A stretch of DNA of 64,000 nt from Chryseobacterium hagamense (GCF_007991455.1 NZ_BJYJ01000003.1:148715-212714), one strand, 5' to 3'. Positions 18,321 through 28,920 are shown, numbered from the stretch's first letter. Program-made: numbers and translations. Notes: generated by a model not told the origin, from the sequence alone.

Positions 18321-19061
18321 TTATGAAGGGTTATTTGTTCTGTATTTCCGTTTAAGATGATAATACCGGAACAGCATGTGATCATACCATAGGGCAAACA
18401 GCAGGATAAACACCGGAATAAAAACCGTTGGCAGAAAAAAATACTGATACAGCCAGCCGCCAGTGATACCCCCGGAAAAAAAGCCGCTGATGATCATCAG
18501 CTTTAAAAATATACTTCTGGAAAGCAGGGCTTTCTGCGGTTTGCTCTGGGTAAACAGCTGGGAAAGTTCGATTCCCAGATCGGTAAATAGCCCGGTGAGG
18601 TGTGTCGTTCTTACCACAGACCGCGAAACCCTTGTTACCAATGCATTCTGAAGCCCCATGGCAAAAAGCAGCAGGATGGAAATCAATTTCGGATAAGCGG
18701 GATAAAACCGGATACTGCTGAATGATGAAAGTGCGACCAGTAAAAGAACCGCTATTTCAACGGACACCGGAATCCTGTAAGAAGTATGGGAATACCTTAC
18801 GGAAGCCAGTTCCATTGCCAGGCCGGATACGAAAGCACCTGACAAAAAAGCAAAAATATAAAGCAGGAACGTAAAAGCGGACGTGTAGTTTTCCAGAAAA
18901 AACTGTTCCGAAAAATAAGCGAAATGGCCGGTTACATTCGTCGTCAGCGTATGCACGGAAAATACACCGATGCTGTTAACCATACCGGCAACACCTGACA
19001 GTAATGACGCCAATTTTAAATTATGCCGGTAAGTTCTTCCTTTTCCCGTATGCCTGAACAT
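18321..19061 (-). CDS. DUF1275 (YoaK-like) membrane protein
   Basis: Six hydrophobic segments. The N-terminal LLSGVAGMVNSIG... is typical of DUF1275. Confidence 0.6.
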   Translation of the reverse strand: MFRHTGKGRTYRHNLKLASLLSGVAGMVNSIGVFSVHTLTTNVTGHFAYFSEQFFLENYTSAFTFLLYIFAFLSGAFVSGLAMELASVRYSHTSYRIPVSVEIAVLLLVALSSFSSIRFYPAYPKLISILLLFAMGLQNALVTRVSRSVVRTTHLTGLFTDLGIELSQLFTQSKPQKALLSRSIFLKLMIISGFFSGGITGGWLYQYFFLPTVFIPVFILLFALWYDHMLFRYYHLKRKYRTNNPS

Positions 19062-19226
19062 CAGATTGCTTTATGCAAAAATACAAAATGTACAGGAGTA
19101 TTTTACAGAATACTTCCAATGTCCAGCTTCCTGAAAGAATGCTTTTTAATTTAGCCGCCGATAGATCAGGGTACAATACAATTTTGAAATGGTTTGTTTA
19201 GAATTTAACGGAAACCGTCTTTAATT

Positions 19227-19868
19227 TCAATATTGAATCAGTGTTTCAAGATCGGAAGTTTTGTCCTCGCGGTAAAAATGCCCGTGAAAATCATTCAGTT
19301 TTTTCAGAAGATCCAGCAATGTCGTTTTTTCATTCTCATCCAACTGACCGGATAAAAATTTTGAGGTGATATTCACCTTATTTACGGATTCGTGAAATAC
19401 CTGCTCCCCTTTTGAAGTAAGGTTCAGCCTTTTGCTTCTTTTATCCTTTTCATCATTTTTTTCCGCTACCATCCCGGATTCCAGCAGGCGCCTGATAATC
19501 TGGGTTCCGGTCTGCTTTTCATGGCCGTTCCGCTCGATCAGCTGCATTTTGGTGAGGTTCGGTTCATCTTTGAGACGGTACAGGTAGGTAAATTCTTCAT
19601 TGGCGAGCTCAGGAAAGTCTTTGAGCCCTCTACGGATGGCCTGTTTCGAGTATCTTCCCAGCAGGAGAACCTGCTTGCAGATCTCATTTTCCGTAAAAGA
19701 AACTTCATGCTGTTCTTTTTTAAAAAGCTTGGTGGGGCTTTCTTCCCTGTACTTCCTGTCATTCAGCCACAACCGGAAATCCTCGGCAGAAGAATGAGGT
19801 TTACAGGCTCCGGAATTTTCAAAATCTTTTACCTGATGAAGCAGATCTATGAAAAAGTCAGTATTCAT
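19227..19868 (-). CDS. MarR-family winged-helix transcriptional regulator with an N-terminal extension
   Basis: The C-terminal half (LTKMQLIERNGHEKQTGTQIIRRLLESGMV...DKRSKRLNLTSKGE) matches the MarR wHTH pattern. Confidence 0.6.
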   Translation of the reverse strand: MNTDFFIDLLHQVKDFENSGACKPHSSAEDFRLWLNDRKYREESPTKLFKKEQHEVSFTENEICKQVLLLGRYSKQAIRRGLKDFPELANEEFTYLYRLKDEPNLTKMQLIERNGHEKQTGTQIIRRLLESGMVAEKNDEKDKRSKRLNLTSKGEQVFHESVNKVNITSKFLSGQLDENEKTTLLDLLKKLNDFHGHFYREDKTSDLETLIQY

Positions 19869-19907
19869 AATGCAAATTTAATCTAAAATAAAATAAGAAA
19901 ACCCAAG

Positions 19908-20606
19908 CTATAATTTCACACTGCCCATTCCCCCGTCTATTCCGAAAACCTGTCCGGTAATCCATGAAGCGTGATCCGAAATCAGGAAGGCTGCCATGGC
20001 CGCAATTTCTTCAGGATTCCCGGTTCTCTGCAGCGGATGTCTTTTGGCGGAAGCCTCGCGTTTTTCAGGGGTCGATAGCAGCTGTGCTGCCAGCTGGGTA
20101 TCCGTTAGAGAGGGCGCAATGGCATTCACCCTGATTTTCTGTGCGGAAAATTCGGCAGCCAGGCTTTTTGTCAGTCCTTCCACCGCATTCTTACTGGCAG
20201 AAACCGAAGCATGGAAAGGCATTCCCAGCTTTGCCGCCACGGAACTGAACAAGACCACGGAAGCACTTTCAGACTTTTTAAGGTTAGGCAATAGTTTCTG
20301 GATTATTTTTACCGCTCCCAATACATTGATTTCAAAGTCGTTTTTAAAATTCTCCACCGAAAGCCGGTTAAAAGGTTTCAGGTTGATGCTGCCCGGTGCA
20401 TACACCAATCCGTCCACTACCTCCGGAAAAGCAATTTCGTCGGGATTCCCTGAAAGGATATCCATTACATGAAATTCGATATTCGGATGGTTCAGTTCCG
20501 GATTGCCGGTTTTTGAAATTCCGATGATGTGGTGTTCTTCCGAAAGGATTTTTGCCGCGGCCAGGCCGATTCCTCTTCCGCAGCCGATGATGACGATGTT
20601 TTTCAT
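19908..20606 (-). CDS. SDR family oxidoreductase
   Basis: Rossmann motif IIGCGRGIGLA, a catalytic S...YxxxK context, 232 aa. Confidence 0.85.
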   Translation of the reverse strand: MKNIVIIGCGRGIGLAAAKILSEEHHIIGISKTGNPELNHPNIEFHVMDILSGNPDEIAFPEVVDGLVYAPGSINLKPFNRLSVENFKNDFEINVLGAVKIIQKLLPNLKKSESASVVLFSSVAAKLGMPFHASVSASKNAVEGLTKSLAAEFSAQKIRVNAIAPSLTDTQLAAQLLSTPEKREASAKRHPLQRTGNPEEIAAMAAFLISDHASWITGQVFGIDGGMGSVKL

Positions 20607-20631
20607 ATTTATTTTTTATGTTATCTTTTGA

Positions 20632-20985
20632 ATGTTTTTTGAACACAGAGTCCGCGAAGCTTTTTTAACTACCAGCCGCTTTCAGGTTTCACAAAGGCAT
20701 TTCATTTATAAAAGCCCACAGCGCATTTTTCATACATCCGTTTATCTTAATGTCATGCTGAACCAAACTTCTCCTGGATCTGACGAAGGAAAACCATGTT
20801 ATTGCTTAGGTTCTTTTGAATACAGAGCCCACGAAGCTTTTTTTACTACTAACTGCTTTCAGGTTTCAAAAGGCATTTCATTTCTAAAAGCCCACAGCGC
20901 ATTTTCATACCTGGGCCTTACGAAGGAAAGCTTTGTTTCCTACCTAATTTATTTTGACTGTAAGCCAGAAAAAGATCTCTAATCA
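20632..20985 (+). repeat. Array of about 2 units of an interspersed repeat of about 175 bp (MITE-like)
   Basis: Unit: gaacacagagtccacgaagcttttttt-actactaactgctttcaggtttcacaaaggcatttcatttataaaagcccacagcgcattttcatacctgggcctgacgaaggaaag... Near-identical copies occur at 21425-21640 and, inverted, at 57225-57475. Confidence 0.7.
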
Positions 20986-21075
20986 GCACTAAACTCAGCT
21001 TCTGATCATAGTACCCTAAAACTTATATTTAACTGATTTTAACCCATTTCTTTGTCTCAGTCTTAAGTTTTACCT

Positions 21076-21357
21076 CTATCTCTTCGAAATCTTATTATGG
21101 CTGATGATCCGCTGGCGGCTGCTTTTGAACCGCTGGATTTCCTCACTCCGTTTTTTCAGGTGCTTCTGGCTGACTCCCGAATTCACTCTTTTTCTCCAAA
21201 GCTTAAAACTCGATTCCTTAAGCTCGGAACGCATGAGTTCGATGACTTCCGCTTCACTGATCCCGAACTGGAACCGGATGGCTTCAAAAGGGGTCCGGTC
21301 TTCCCATGCCATTTCGATGATGCGGTCGGTTTCCTGTATGGTGAAATTTTTATTCAT
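21076..21357 (-). CDS. DUF2805 / TIGR03643 family protein (cryptochrome-associated)
   Basis: 93 aa. FTIQETDRIIEMAWEDRTPFEAIRFQFGISEAEVIELMR is the characteristic TIGR03643 sequence. The gene lies next to the cryptochrome/photolyase pair. Confidence 0.7.
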   Translation of the reverse strand: MNKNFTIQETDRIIEMAWEDRTPFEAIRFQFGISEAEVIELMRSELKESSFKLWRKRVNSGVSQKHLKKRSEEIQRFKSSRQRIISHNKISKR

Positions 21358-21424
21358 TGTTTTTATTTTTAATTGAACCTGGAGTTCATGAAGTTTTTAT
21401 TAATTATTATATTGATTACTTAAT

Positions 21425-21640
21425 TGTCTGGCTGAATCAAGTTTCTCCTGAGCCTGACGAAGGAAAGCAATGTTTATAGCTCAGGTTCTCTTGAACACAG
21501 AGTCCACGAAGCTTTTTTTACTACTAACTGCTTTCAGGTTTCACAAAGGCATTTCATTTATAAAGCTCACAGCGCATTTTCATACCTGGGCCTGACGAAG
21601 GAATGCCTTATTTATTGATGAGCTTCTTTTGAACACCATG
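21425..21640 (+). repeat. Second array (about 1.3 units) of the same ~175-bp repeat family
   Basis: ctcctgagcctgacgaaggaaagc...gaacacagagtccacgaagctttttttactactaactgctttcaggtttcacaaaggcatttcatttataaagctcacagcgcattttcatacctgggcctgacgaaggaatgcc. Confidence 0.7.
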
Positions 21641-21751
21641 CTTACAAATAAATTCTTTACGACTATCACAAAGCTACTTCGACAGGCTCAGCATCAGCTT
21701 TTTTCACTTACAGAAGCATCACCAGACTTAATCTATCACTCAACCCCAGCC

Positions 21752-23233
21752 TTAATCGCTCAAACCCTTAATCACCTTTTCAGCGGTTTTCAGGTGCTGT
21801 TTTCTTTTTTCTTCCGGCATTTTTTCCAGGGTGCGTACCATCATTGAGAGCCTTGGATTCTTCAGGAAGAAATCCTTATGTTCGTGAATAAAATTCCAGA
21901 ACAGTGCGTCCCATTTTTCCGTCCATTCGCCGCTGGGGTAATCGCTCATTTTTTTCAGGTAGTTGCTTCCGCTGATGTACGGCTTCGTGCTCATCTTCCC
22001 GCCGTCGGAGAAGCTGCTCATGCCGTAGACATTCGGAACCATCACCCAGTCATAGGAATCGATGAACATTTCCATAAACCACTGATAGACTTCATCCGGA
22101 TTGAACCGGCAAAGGTTCATGAAATTGGCAAAAACCATGAGCCTTTCAATATGATGGGCATAGCCGGTCTTCAGGATTTTTTTCAATGAACGGTCTATCG
22201 GGTGAATACCTGTTTCAGCCGTATAGAAGGTTTCCGGAAGTTTATTCTGATGGTTCCAGTAATTTTTATTCCGCTGATAGGTTCCCTGGTATACATAAAC
22301 ACCACGCACGAATTCCCGCCAGCCGACAATCTGCCGGATAAAACCTTCCAGCGAGTTGACCGGAATATCGTCTTCTTTCGCAAAGGCAATTGCCTTCTCC
22401 AATACATTTTCTGCAGTCAGAAGGCCCACATTCAGCAATGGGGAAAGGATGCTGTGATGCAGGAAATGCTCTTTTTCCACAATACTGTCTTCATACACCC
22501 CGAATTCGGCAAACCGGTTTTCAAAAAACTGGACCAGCCATTTTTCCGCTTCCCCGAAAGTGGTGGGATACAGCTGTTCTTCGGTCAGGCTGCCATAGTT
22601 ATCGGCAAAATGTTTTTCCGTATATTCTTTAGCCTCTTTGAAATAAACATTGTTCTCAGGGAAATGAATCGACGGTGCTTTCCGGTTCTTGGGATATTTC
22701 TTCCGGTTTTCCGTATCAAACGTCCACTTTCCGCCCAGCGGCTTTCCGGTTTTCATCAGGATGTTCCGGGTGATCCGCTGCTGTTTATAAAAATCGGTCT
22801 GATGATAGGATTTTTTATCCCCGAAATATTCTTTAAGGTCTTCTCTGGTGTTGATAAACAACGGGCTGTCCAGGATCTCAAGTGCAAGTTTTGTTTTCCG
22901 CAACCTTTTTTCCAGCCAATGGTCGCAGACATCGGTTGTTTTTATGGCTTTAAAGCCTTCCTCCTCAAGCTTTGGGATCAGTTTCCTGAGGTCTGAAATT
23001 TCAGAAGAGCTTTCAATATATTCCACTTTAAAACCTGCTTTTTCCAGAAAATCCTCATAAAATTTCATCGTAGCACGGTGGAAGGCAATTTTCTGTTTGT
23101 GGAAAGCATACTGCCTGAAAAACAGGAATTCTTCCAGCAGGAAAACCGGCTGGTTTTTATCTAAATACTCCGTGTCTTCAAACAGCTGGTGCGGGAAAAT
23201 GAGCTGGGCGGTATGTTTCAGTTTTGCAGCCAT
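21752..23233 (-). CDS. Cryptochrome/photolyase-family protein, DPRP / FeS-BCP (PhrB-like) type
   Basis: 493 aa. N-terminal LIFPHQLF...VFLLEE...FHKQKI (photolyase-related domain) and a C-terminal FAD-binding-type helical domain (WREF..YW, HH.ER). The start lies 16 nt inside the cry-DASH gene. Confidence 0.8.
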   Translation of the reverse strand: MAAKLKHTAQLIFPHQLFEDTEYLDKNQPVFLLEEFLFFRQYAFHKQKIAFHRATMKFYEDFLEKAGFKVEYIESSSEISDLRKLIPKLEEEGFKAIKTTDVCDHWLEKRLRKTKLALEILDSPLFINTREDLKEYFGDKKSYHQTDFYKQQRITRNILMKTGKPLGGKWTFDTENRKKYPKNRKAPSIHFPENNVYFKEAKEYTEKHFADNYGSLTEEQLYPTTFGEAEKWLVQFFENRFAEFGVYEDSIVEKEHFLHHSILSPLLNVGLLTAENVLEKAIAFAKEDDIPVNSLEGFIRQIVGWREFVRGVYVYQGTYQRNKNYWNHQNKLPETFYTAETGIHPIDRSLKKILKTGYAHHIERLMVFANFMNLCRFNPDEVYQWFMEMFIDSYDWVMVPNVYGMSSFSDGGKMSTKPYISGSNYLKKMSDYPSGEWTEKWDALFWNFIHEHKDFFLKNPRLSMMVRTLEKMPEEKRKQHLKTAEKVIKGLSD

Positions 23234-24516
23234 AGTTGTATAAATTCCTGGTTGGGATCGTACATTTCGGCCTGCTTTTCAGGATTGAAGATCCGGTCGC
23301 GGTTATCATTGCCAACACCGGCCAGGTACATCCAGTTGCCGTAATTGCTGTGGACATCATAATCGATCAGCAGCTCTTCAAAATAAGCCGCCCCGGTCCG
23401 CCAGTCCTGCTTCAGTACCTTGCAGAAATAGGAAGCTACATTCTGCCTTCCGCGGTTGCTCATCCAGCCGGTCTTGTTTAATTCAATCATATTGGCATTG
23501 ATGAAATCCGAATCCGTGGTTCCTTGCTTCCACTTACGGATCAGTTCATCATCATGTTCCCACACATATTCTTTTTTTCCGATTCCGTTTTTCCGGAAAA
23601 TCAGGTCCTGGTACTCCATAGAAACATACCTGAAAAAATCCCGCCACAGCAGTTCAAAAACCAGCCAGTACGTCGATTCGTTGCTGCCGGATTCCTGTTC
23701 GTACTTTTTAATCTCGTGATAAACGGTAACCGCGGAAAGGCTTCCGTCGGACAGCCAGGCCGAAAATTTGGAACTGTAATCAATTCCGGTTAAACCGTTC
23801 CGGGTTTCCTTATAGCTGCTGACATTCCGGGTCTCTGAAAAATAGGACTTCAGCCTGTTCAGGGCCTGCGTTTCTCCGCCACCGAAAGGAAAGGCCGTTC
23901 TGTTATCCGTTTCAAAATCTTCATATCCCAGCGATCCGAGGGTAACCTCATCACTCTGAACTTTGATCATGGCTTTGTCATAACTTATGTTTCCTGAGGC
24001 AAATTCAGGCCGGATCAGCAGATTCTTCTCAACCTTCTGCCTGAAGGCTGTAAACAGCATCGGTATTTTATCCATCGTCCTGGAAACAAACAGCGGATGC
24101 ACCAGAAACTGGGAATAGGATTTTTCCCAGCCTGCCATCGGCAGAACATTTCTGATTTCATTTTCTTTATCCCTTTCTTCTTTGGTCCATTCCTGCTGGC
24201 AGAAAATTTTTACGATGTCGAATTCACCGGACAATTCTTTAAAAACGGTTCCGGTAGTCCCCTGTCTTATCAGGAAAGGAATATTTCTCTTGTTTAAACT
24301 TTCTTTCAGATCTTCTATCGTTTCCAGCAGGAATCTTGCGCGGTATTTCCCGGTTTTCCTGCTGCCAAACTGCTTACTTCCGAAATCACGGCCGTCAAAA
24401 ACATACACTGCAAGGAAAGGCAATCTTTCCTGCATAATGTTGTATAACGGTTCCGAATCTCGGGTCCTCAGGTCTTTGGTGAACCAGAGGATGTTGATTT
24501 TTTGTTTTTCCGGCAT
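23218..24516 (-). CDS. Cryptochrome DASH
   Basis: [14 protein letters not shown]... then ...WREFF and FAD-binding C-terminal motifs ([17 protein letters not shown]). The internal Met at 24516 is preferred over the ORF-track start at 24558. Confidence 0.8.
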   Translation of the reverse strand: MPEKQKINILWFTKDLRTRDSEPLYNIMQERLPFLAVYVFDGRDFGSKQFGSRKTGKYRARFLLETIEDLKESLNKRNIPFLIRQGTTGTVFKELSGEFDIVKIFCQQEWTKEERDKENEIRNVLPMAGWEKSYSQFLVHPLFVSRTMDKIPMLFTAFRQKVEKNLLIRPEFASGNISYDKAMIKVQSDEVTLGSLGYEDFETDNRTAFPFGGGETQALNRLKSYFSETRNVSSYKETRNGLTGIDYSSKFSAWLSDGSLSAVTVYHEIKKYEQESGSNESTYWLVFELLWRDFFRYVSMEYQDLIFRKNGIGKKEYVWEHDDELIRKWKQGTTDSDFINANMIELNKTGWMSNRGRQNVASYFCKVLKQDWRTGAAYFEELLIDYDVHSNYGNWMYLAGVGNDNRDRIFNPEKQAEMYDPNQEFIQLWLQN

Positions 24517-24624
24517 CTTTCGCTGCAATATTTTACTTCGTCCCAGTTTTTCTTCCATTTTTTTCGCCAGTTGAACGGCAATCCGCAGACTTCGCAGATT
24601 TTGGAGGGTAATCTGGACGGCATA

Positions 24625-25944
24625 TTAAGGTTTTATAAAATTTCTGAAGTTGTTGATCCTGATCCCTTTTGCTTTCAGGTCGTGCATCATATTGTACAGT
24701 CCGAAGAAGGTCCGGTTCAGGTAAATAAAATGCCGCGAACCGCGGTTGGTATTCATGCCTTTCATATCGCTGATTTTGGAATACCGCTGGCCCAGATCTG
24801 CGATTTCATGGAAGAAGCCTTCATCTGAAAAATCGAATTCCTCCTGATTGAAAGGCCGGGTAAACAGTTCCAGCAGCTCATAAAACAATTTGGCAAAAAA
24901 CTCTTTTTCCTTCGGCGTATCTTCTTCCCGCAGAATTTCCAGGGTAAACAGTTTCTCTCTGAAAATTTCAGGATTTTTAAGGTTTTCTTCTCTGGCAAGC
25001 TCAAAGTACGGCACATAGAAGTCTTCCGGAATCTCCTTGATACAGCCGAAATCAATCACCGAAAGCTGAACATCGTCCGAAACCAGGAAATTGCCCGGAT
25101 GCGGATCGGCATGTACTTTTTTCAGGATGTGCATCTGGTACATATAGAAATCCCATAAGGTTTGCCCTATTTTATTCAAATCCTCCGGAGTATTCTGCTT
25201 TTTGGTAAATTCCGAAAAATGGATCCCGGACATCCAGTCCATGGTGATGATCTTCTCGCACGAATATTCAGGGTAATAATCGGGGAACCGGACATTCGGA
25301 AGGTGGCGGCAGGCAGCGGCAAACAGCTGGCTGCGTTTCAGTTCCAGGTTATAATCGGTTTCCTCAAAAAGCTTGTCCTCCACTTCCTGGAAATAAGCTT
25401 CCGACCCTTCCTTTTTAATGTTGAACATTTTCATCGCGATGGGCTTCACCATTTTCAGATCGCTGGAAATACTTTCCCTCACGCCGGGATACTGGATCTT
25501 TACTGCCAGGTTCTGATCTCCTTTCCTGGCTTTATGAACCTGCCCGATGCTGGCAGCATTGACGGATTCCTGGGAAAATTCATCAAAAATCGCTTCCGGG
25601 TTTTTCCCGAAATATTTCCTGAACGTCTTTTTTACCAGTGCTCCGGACAACGGCGGAACGGAAAACTGCGACAGTGAAAACTTCTCCACGTATTCCACCG
25701 GCAGGATATTCTTTTCCATACTCAGCATCTGGGCTACCTTCAGTGCGGAACCTTTCAGTTCTTTCAGGGAGTCGTAAATATCCGATGCATTGTCTTCATT
25801 CAGGATTTTCCGGGCTTCCCCTTCATCTTTTGTTATTTTGTTCCCGTAATATTTCAGGTAATTGACACCGACTTTTGCCCCTGCTTTCAGAAGGCTGCCG
25901 GTGCGTTCAATTTTCCCGGTCGGGATTTTATCTAATGTTTTCAT
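24625..25944 (-). CDS. ABC1 / AarF / UbiB-family atypical kinase
   Basis: [10 protein letters not shown] (Gly-rich loop / Lys), HADPHPGN catalytic loop and a DFG-like IDFG. Confidence 0.8.
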   Translation of the reverse strand: MKTLDKIPTGKIERTGSLLKAGAKVGVNYLKYYGNKITKDEGEARKILNEDNASDIYDSLKELKGSALKVAQMLSMEKNILPVEYVEKFSLSQFSVPPLSGALVKKTFRKYFGKNPEAIFDEFSQESVNAASIGQVHKARKGDQNLAVKIQYPGVRESISSDLKMVKPIAMKMFNIKKEGSEAYFQEVEDKLFEETDYNLELKRSQLFAAACRHLPNVRFPDYYPEYSCEKIITMDWMSGIHFSEFTKKQNTPEDLNKIGQTLWDFYMYQMHILKKVHADPHPGNFLVSDDVQLSVIDFGCIKEIPEDFYVPYFELAREENLKNPEIFREKLFTLEILREEDTPKEKEFFAKLFYELLELFTRPFNQEEFDFSDEGFFHEIADLGQRYSKISDMKGMNTNRGSRHFIYLNRTFFGLYNMMHDLKAKGIRINNFRNFIKP

Positions 25945-26023
25945 TTTTAAATTTTAGGTGTTTAATACAAAGTCCGCCATGGTCATCCAAAGCCGTCAGC
26001 AAGCCGCCAAAAGCTTCAAGCAA

Positions 26024-26677
26024 CTATCTGAACTTTTCTTTCCAAAGGAATTTGCCCAGGTCAATGACTTTCCTCAACGGCTCATTCTCTATCAGTTCAA
26101 AACCTGTATCAATGGTCTTCTCGACAAAAATATCGGTCTTTTCAAAATCCGGCGAGGTATCCTTTTTCCAGAAATCGATGGCCGAAACAAAATGCAGCCA
26201 CAGGGTTTCCTGTCTGGCCTTTTCATTGAATCTCCTGAGGTCCTGCTTTGCTTTTTCAATCATTTCCCATTCATTGAAATCGAGGGTGGCAACAAACCGA
26301 CGGTGGGTTCTCCGTAAATTCTGGAGGACCTGGATTTCCTGAGCTTTCGCCGTTCCTAAAATCGACAGTACCAATGAACGGTTTATCGTCAGGTTTTCAA
26401 AGAAAATGAAATAGACGTTCAGGAGTTTTTCCTTCGTTAATATTTCAGGTGAGGCATTTACTTCTTCCGCGAGCTCCAGGGATTTCCTGAACAGATGATC
26501 CAGCATTTCTTTCTCGATCTGATCGAATCCGGAGAAGAAATGGTAAAATTCCTTTTCTTCAAAACCGTTATCTTTAGCAAAGAGATAAACGTTCTTCGGC
26601 CGTTCGCCATGGTTCAAAAGGTAGTCTCCGTACTGTTCAAATATTTTTTCCTGGGTAAGAGGGGTTTGTTCTTGCAT
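26024..26677 (-). CDS. TetR/AcrR family transcriptional regulator
   Basis: N-terminal HTH with the FYHFFSGFDQIEKEM signature. Diverges from ribA. Confidence 0.6.
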   Translation of the reverse strand: MQEQTPLTQEKIFEQYGDYLLNHGERPKNVYLFAKDNGFEEKEFYHFFSGFDQIEKEMLDHLFRKSLELAEEVNASPEILTKEKLLNVYFIFFENLTINRSLVLSILGTAKAQEIQVLQNLRRTHRRFVATLDFNEWEMIEKAKQDLRRFNEKARQETLWLHFVSAIDFWKKDTSPDFEKTDIFVEKTIDTGFELIENEPLRKVIDLGKFLWKEKFR

Positions 26678-26774
26678 GATAGAATTTATTTATAAACAAA
26701 TTTAGTAATTAATTTTATTTTCAATTGAAATAAAGTATAAATTTGTACTATATAAACTATTTAATTTTTGAATT

Positions 26775-27365
26775 ATGTTAGCGATACAGGCACAATCAAA
26801 CATCCCTACCGACTTCGGAACATTCAGTGTTTATGCATTTTCCGAACATGAGGACGACTGGAACCCGCATCTGGTATGGGTTGCAGAACCTACGGATTTC
26901 AGCAAAACCGTGAATGTCCGTTTTCATTCGGAATGCATTACCGGCGAAGTGTTCCATTCCAGAAAATGTGAATGCGGACAGCAGCTGGATGCCTCTATGA
27001 AGTATATGTCGGAGAACGGCGGGATGATCATTTACCTACGGCAGGAAGGCCGCAACATCGGGATCATCAATAAGTTGAGAGCTTATGCATTGCAGGAAAA
27101 GGGTTTCGATACGGTGGAAGCCAACCTGAAGCTGGGATTACCGGCAGATGGCCGTGACTTTGGCGTTGCTGTGGAAATGCTGGATCTCCTGAACATAAAA
27201 GAGATCAACCTGATGACCAATAATCCGGAAAAACTGAGAGCCCTGGAGAACAGCGGGATTAAATTAAACCAAAGAATCCCTCTTGAAATTGAATCGAATG
27301 AAACCAACGAAGGCTATCTGAGTAAAAAGAAAGATTATTTCGGGCATCTGCTGGAAAAGGTATAA
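26775..27365 (+). CDS. ribA: GTP cyclohydrolase II
   Basis: Zn-binding C-x2-C-x-C (HSECITGEVFHSRKCECGQQ) and the catalytic region RQEGRNIGI...K...YALQ. 196 aa. A TAAATTTG -7 promoter element lies at about 26737. Confidence 0.9.
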   Translation: MLAIQAQSNIPTDFGTFSVYAFSEHEDDWNPHLVWVAEPTDFSKTVNVRFHSECITGEVFHSRKCECGQQLDASMKYMSENGGMIIYLRQEGRNIGIINKLRAYALQEKGFDTVEANLKLGLPADGRDFGVAVEMLDLLNIKEINLMTNNPEKLRALENSGIKLNQRIPLEIESNETNEGYLSKKKDYFGHLLEKV

Positions 27366-27468
27366 TTTTCTCATTAGCTGAAAGAAATCCGGATGATCTG
27401 TTTACAGCTAATTTAAATTGACTGATCAACAACAGATTGCTGACTTCCGGCCAACCAATCCAAATTTT

Positions 27469-28920
27469 ATGAAAAAAATTCTGCTCACCGGGGCTACCGG
27501 TTATATCGGCAAACGGATGATTAACGTTATTGCGGCACAGGGTTACCAGGTCATCTGCTGCTGCAGGGATGCCGGACGTTTCTCGAAAAGCGTGGATATC
27601 GACGATGCCCAGATCGAAGTGGTGGAAGTGGATTTCCTGAAGCCCGAAACCCTGGAAAACATTCCGAAGGATATTTCCGGGGCCTATTATCTGATGCATT
27701 CCATGAGCAACAGCAACGATTATGCGGAGTCGGAAAAACAATGTGCCGTTAATTTTTCGGAATTTATTGAAAAAACGGATTGCGAACACATCATTTACCT
27801 TTCCGGCCTGGTGAACGAGAAACATCTTTCGGCGCATCTGAGTTCCCGTTTTGAAGTGGAAAAAATCCTGATGGAATGCAAAGTTCCGGCAACTGTTTTA
27901 CGGGCGGGGATTATTATCGGGTCCGGAAGTGCCTCTTTTGAGATCATCCGCGACCTGGTGGAAAAGCTGCCGGTAATGGTCGCCCCGAAATGGCTTCACA
28001 CCCGGTGCCAGCCGATCGGCATCGCCAATGTGCTGGATTTTTTGATCTTCACCTTATTCAAAAAACAGGCTTACCATAAAAATTTCGATATCGGGTGCGA
28101 CAATGTCCTTACCTACAAAGAAATGCTTCTGGAACTGGCAAAGATCCGCGGGTTGAAGAGAACGATCATTACCTTACCTGTGATGACCCCGAAACTGTCT
28201 TCCTACTGGTTATATTTCATTACGTCTACTTCGTATAACCTTGCCCAGGCACTGGTAGGAAGCATGAAGATCGAAGTGGTCTGCAGACCTGAAAGCCTCA
28301 GAGAAATAAAAGAAATTACCGGCGTACAGCCCTTTTCTTATGACACGGCGATCCGGAGGACCCTGGCAAAAATTCAGGATAACGAGATTGCATCGAGCTG
28401 GAAAGACAGTTTCATCAGCAGCCGCAGCGATTCCAGCCTCAAAGACTACCTTGATGTTCCAAAATACGGATGTTTTACGGATCTGCGCTCTGCCGAATAT
28501 GACGACCGCGAAAAATGCCTTGACCGTGTCTTTGCCCTGGGCGGAGCCAACGGGTGGTACGGACAAAGCCTCTGGAAAATACGGGGCTTTCTGGATCTGC
28601 TGGTGGGCGGGCCGGGGTTAAGAAGAGGCCGGACCAGTTCCACCCAGCTCCATGAAGGTGATGCGCTGGATTTCTGGCGGGTACTGCATGCCGATAAAAA
28701 AGAAGGCAAGCTGATCCTCTTTGCCGAAATGAAGCTTCCGGGAGAAGCATGGCTGATGTTTAAAGTACATAAAGGCAAGCTTTGGCAGAAGGCGGTGTTC
28801 CGCCCGCACGGACTCAGCGGAAGGCTTTACTGGTATTCCGTTCTGCCGTTCCACGGAATTATTTTTAAAGGGATGGTACGCAAACTTGCCCATCCGCAAC
28901 GACCTCCTGAAACTCCATAA
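27469..28920 (+). CDS. NAD(P)-binding SDR-like (NmrA/atypical SDR) domain fused to DUF2867
   Basis: ILLTGATGYIGKRM Rossmann motif. Long C-terminal domain. The internal Met at 27469 is preferred as the start. Confidence 0.7.
   Translation: MKKILLTGATGYIGKRMINVIAAQGYQVICCCRDAGRFSKSVDIDDAQIEVVEVDFLKPETLENIPKDISGAYYLMHSMSNSNDYAESEKQCAVNFSEFIEKTDCEHIIYLSGLVNEKHLSAHLSSRFEVEKILMECKVPATVLRAGIIIGSGSASFEIIRDLVEKLPVMVAPKWLHTRCQPIGIANVLDFLIFTLFKKQAYHKNFDIGCDNVLTYKEMLLELAKIRGLKRTIITLPVMTPKLSSYWLYFITSTSYNLAQALVGSMKIEVVCRPESLREIKEITGVQPFSYDTAIRRTLAKIQDNEIASSWKDSFISSRSDSSLKDYLDVPKYGCFTDLRSAEYDDREKCLDRVFALGGANGWYGQSLWKIRGFLDLLVGGPGLRRGRTSSTQLHEGDALDFWRVLHADKKEGKLILFAEMKLPGEAWLMFKVHKGKLWQKAVFRPHGLSGRLYWYSVLPFHGIIFKGMVRKLAHPQRPPETP

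Noticed and set aside
20632-20985. Regularly spaced repeats considered as a CRISPR array
   Set aside because: Units are about 110 bp with about 65-bp linkers that are themselves repeated (cctgggcctgacgaaggaa...). There is no repeat-spacer periodicity of 28-37 bp, no cas genes, and the copies occur in both orientations elsewhere.
26678-26774. Possible FMN riboswitch upstream of ribA
   Set aside because: The leader is only about 97 bp, AT-rich, and lacks the conserved FMN-aptamer stems. It looks like a plain TAAATTTG -7 promoter.
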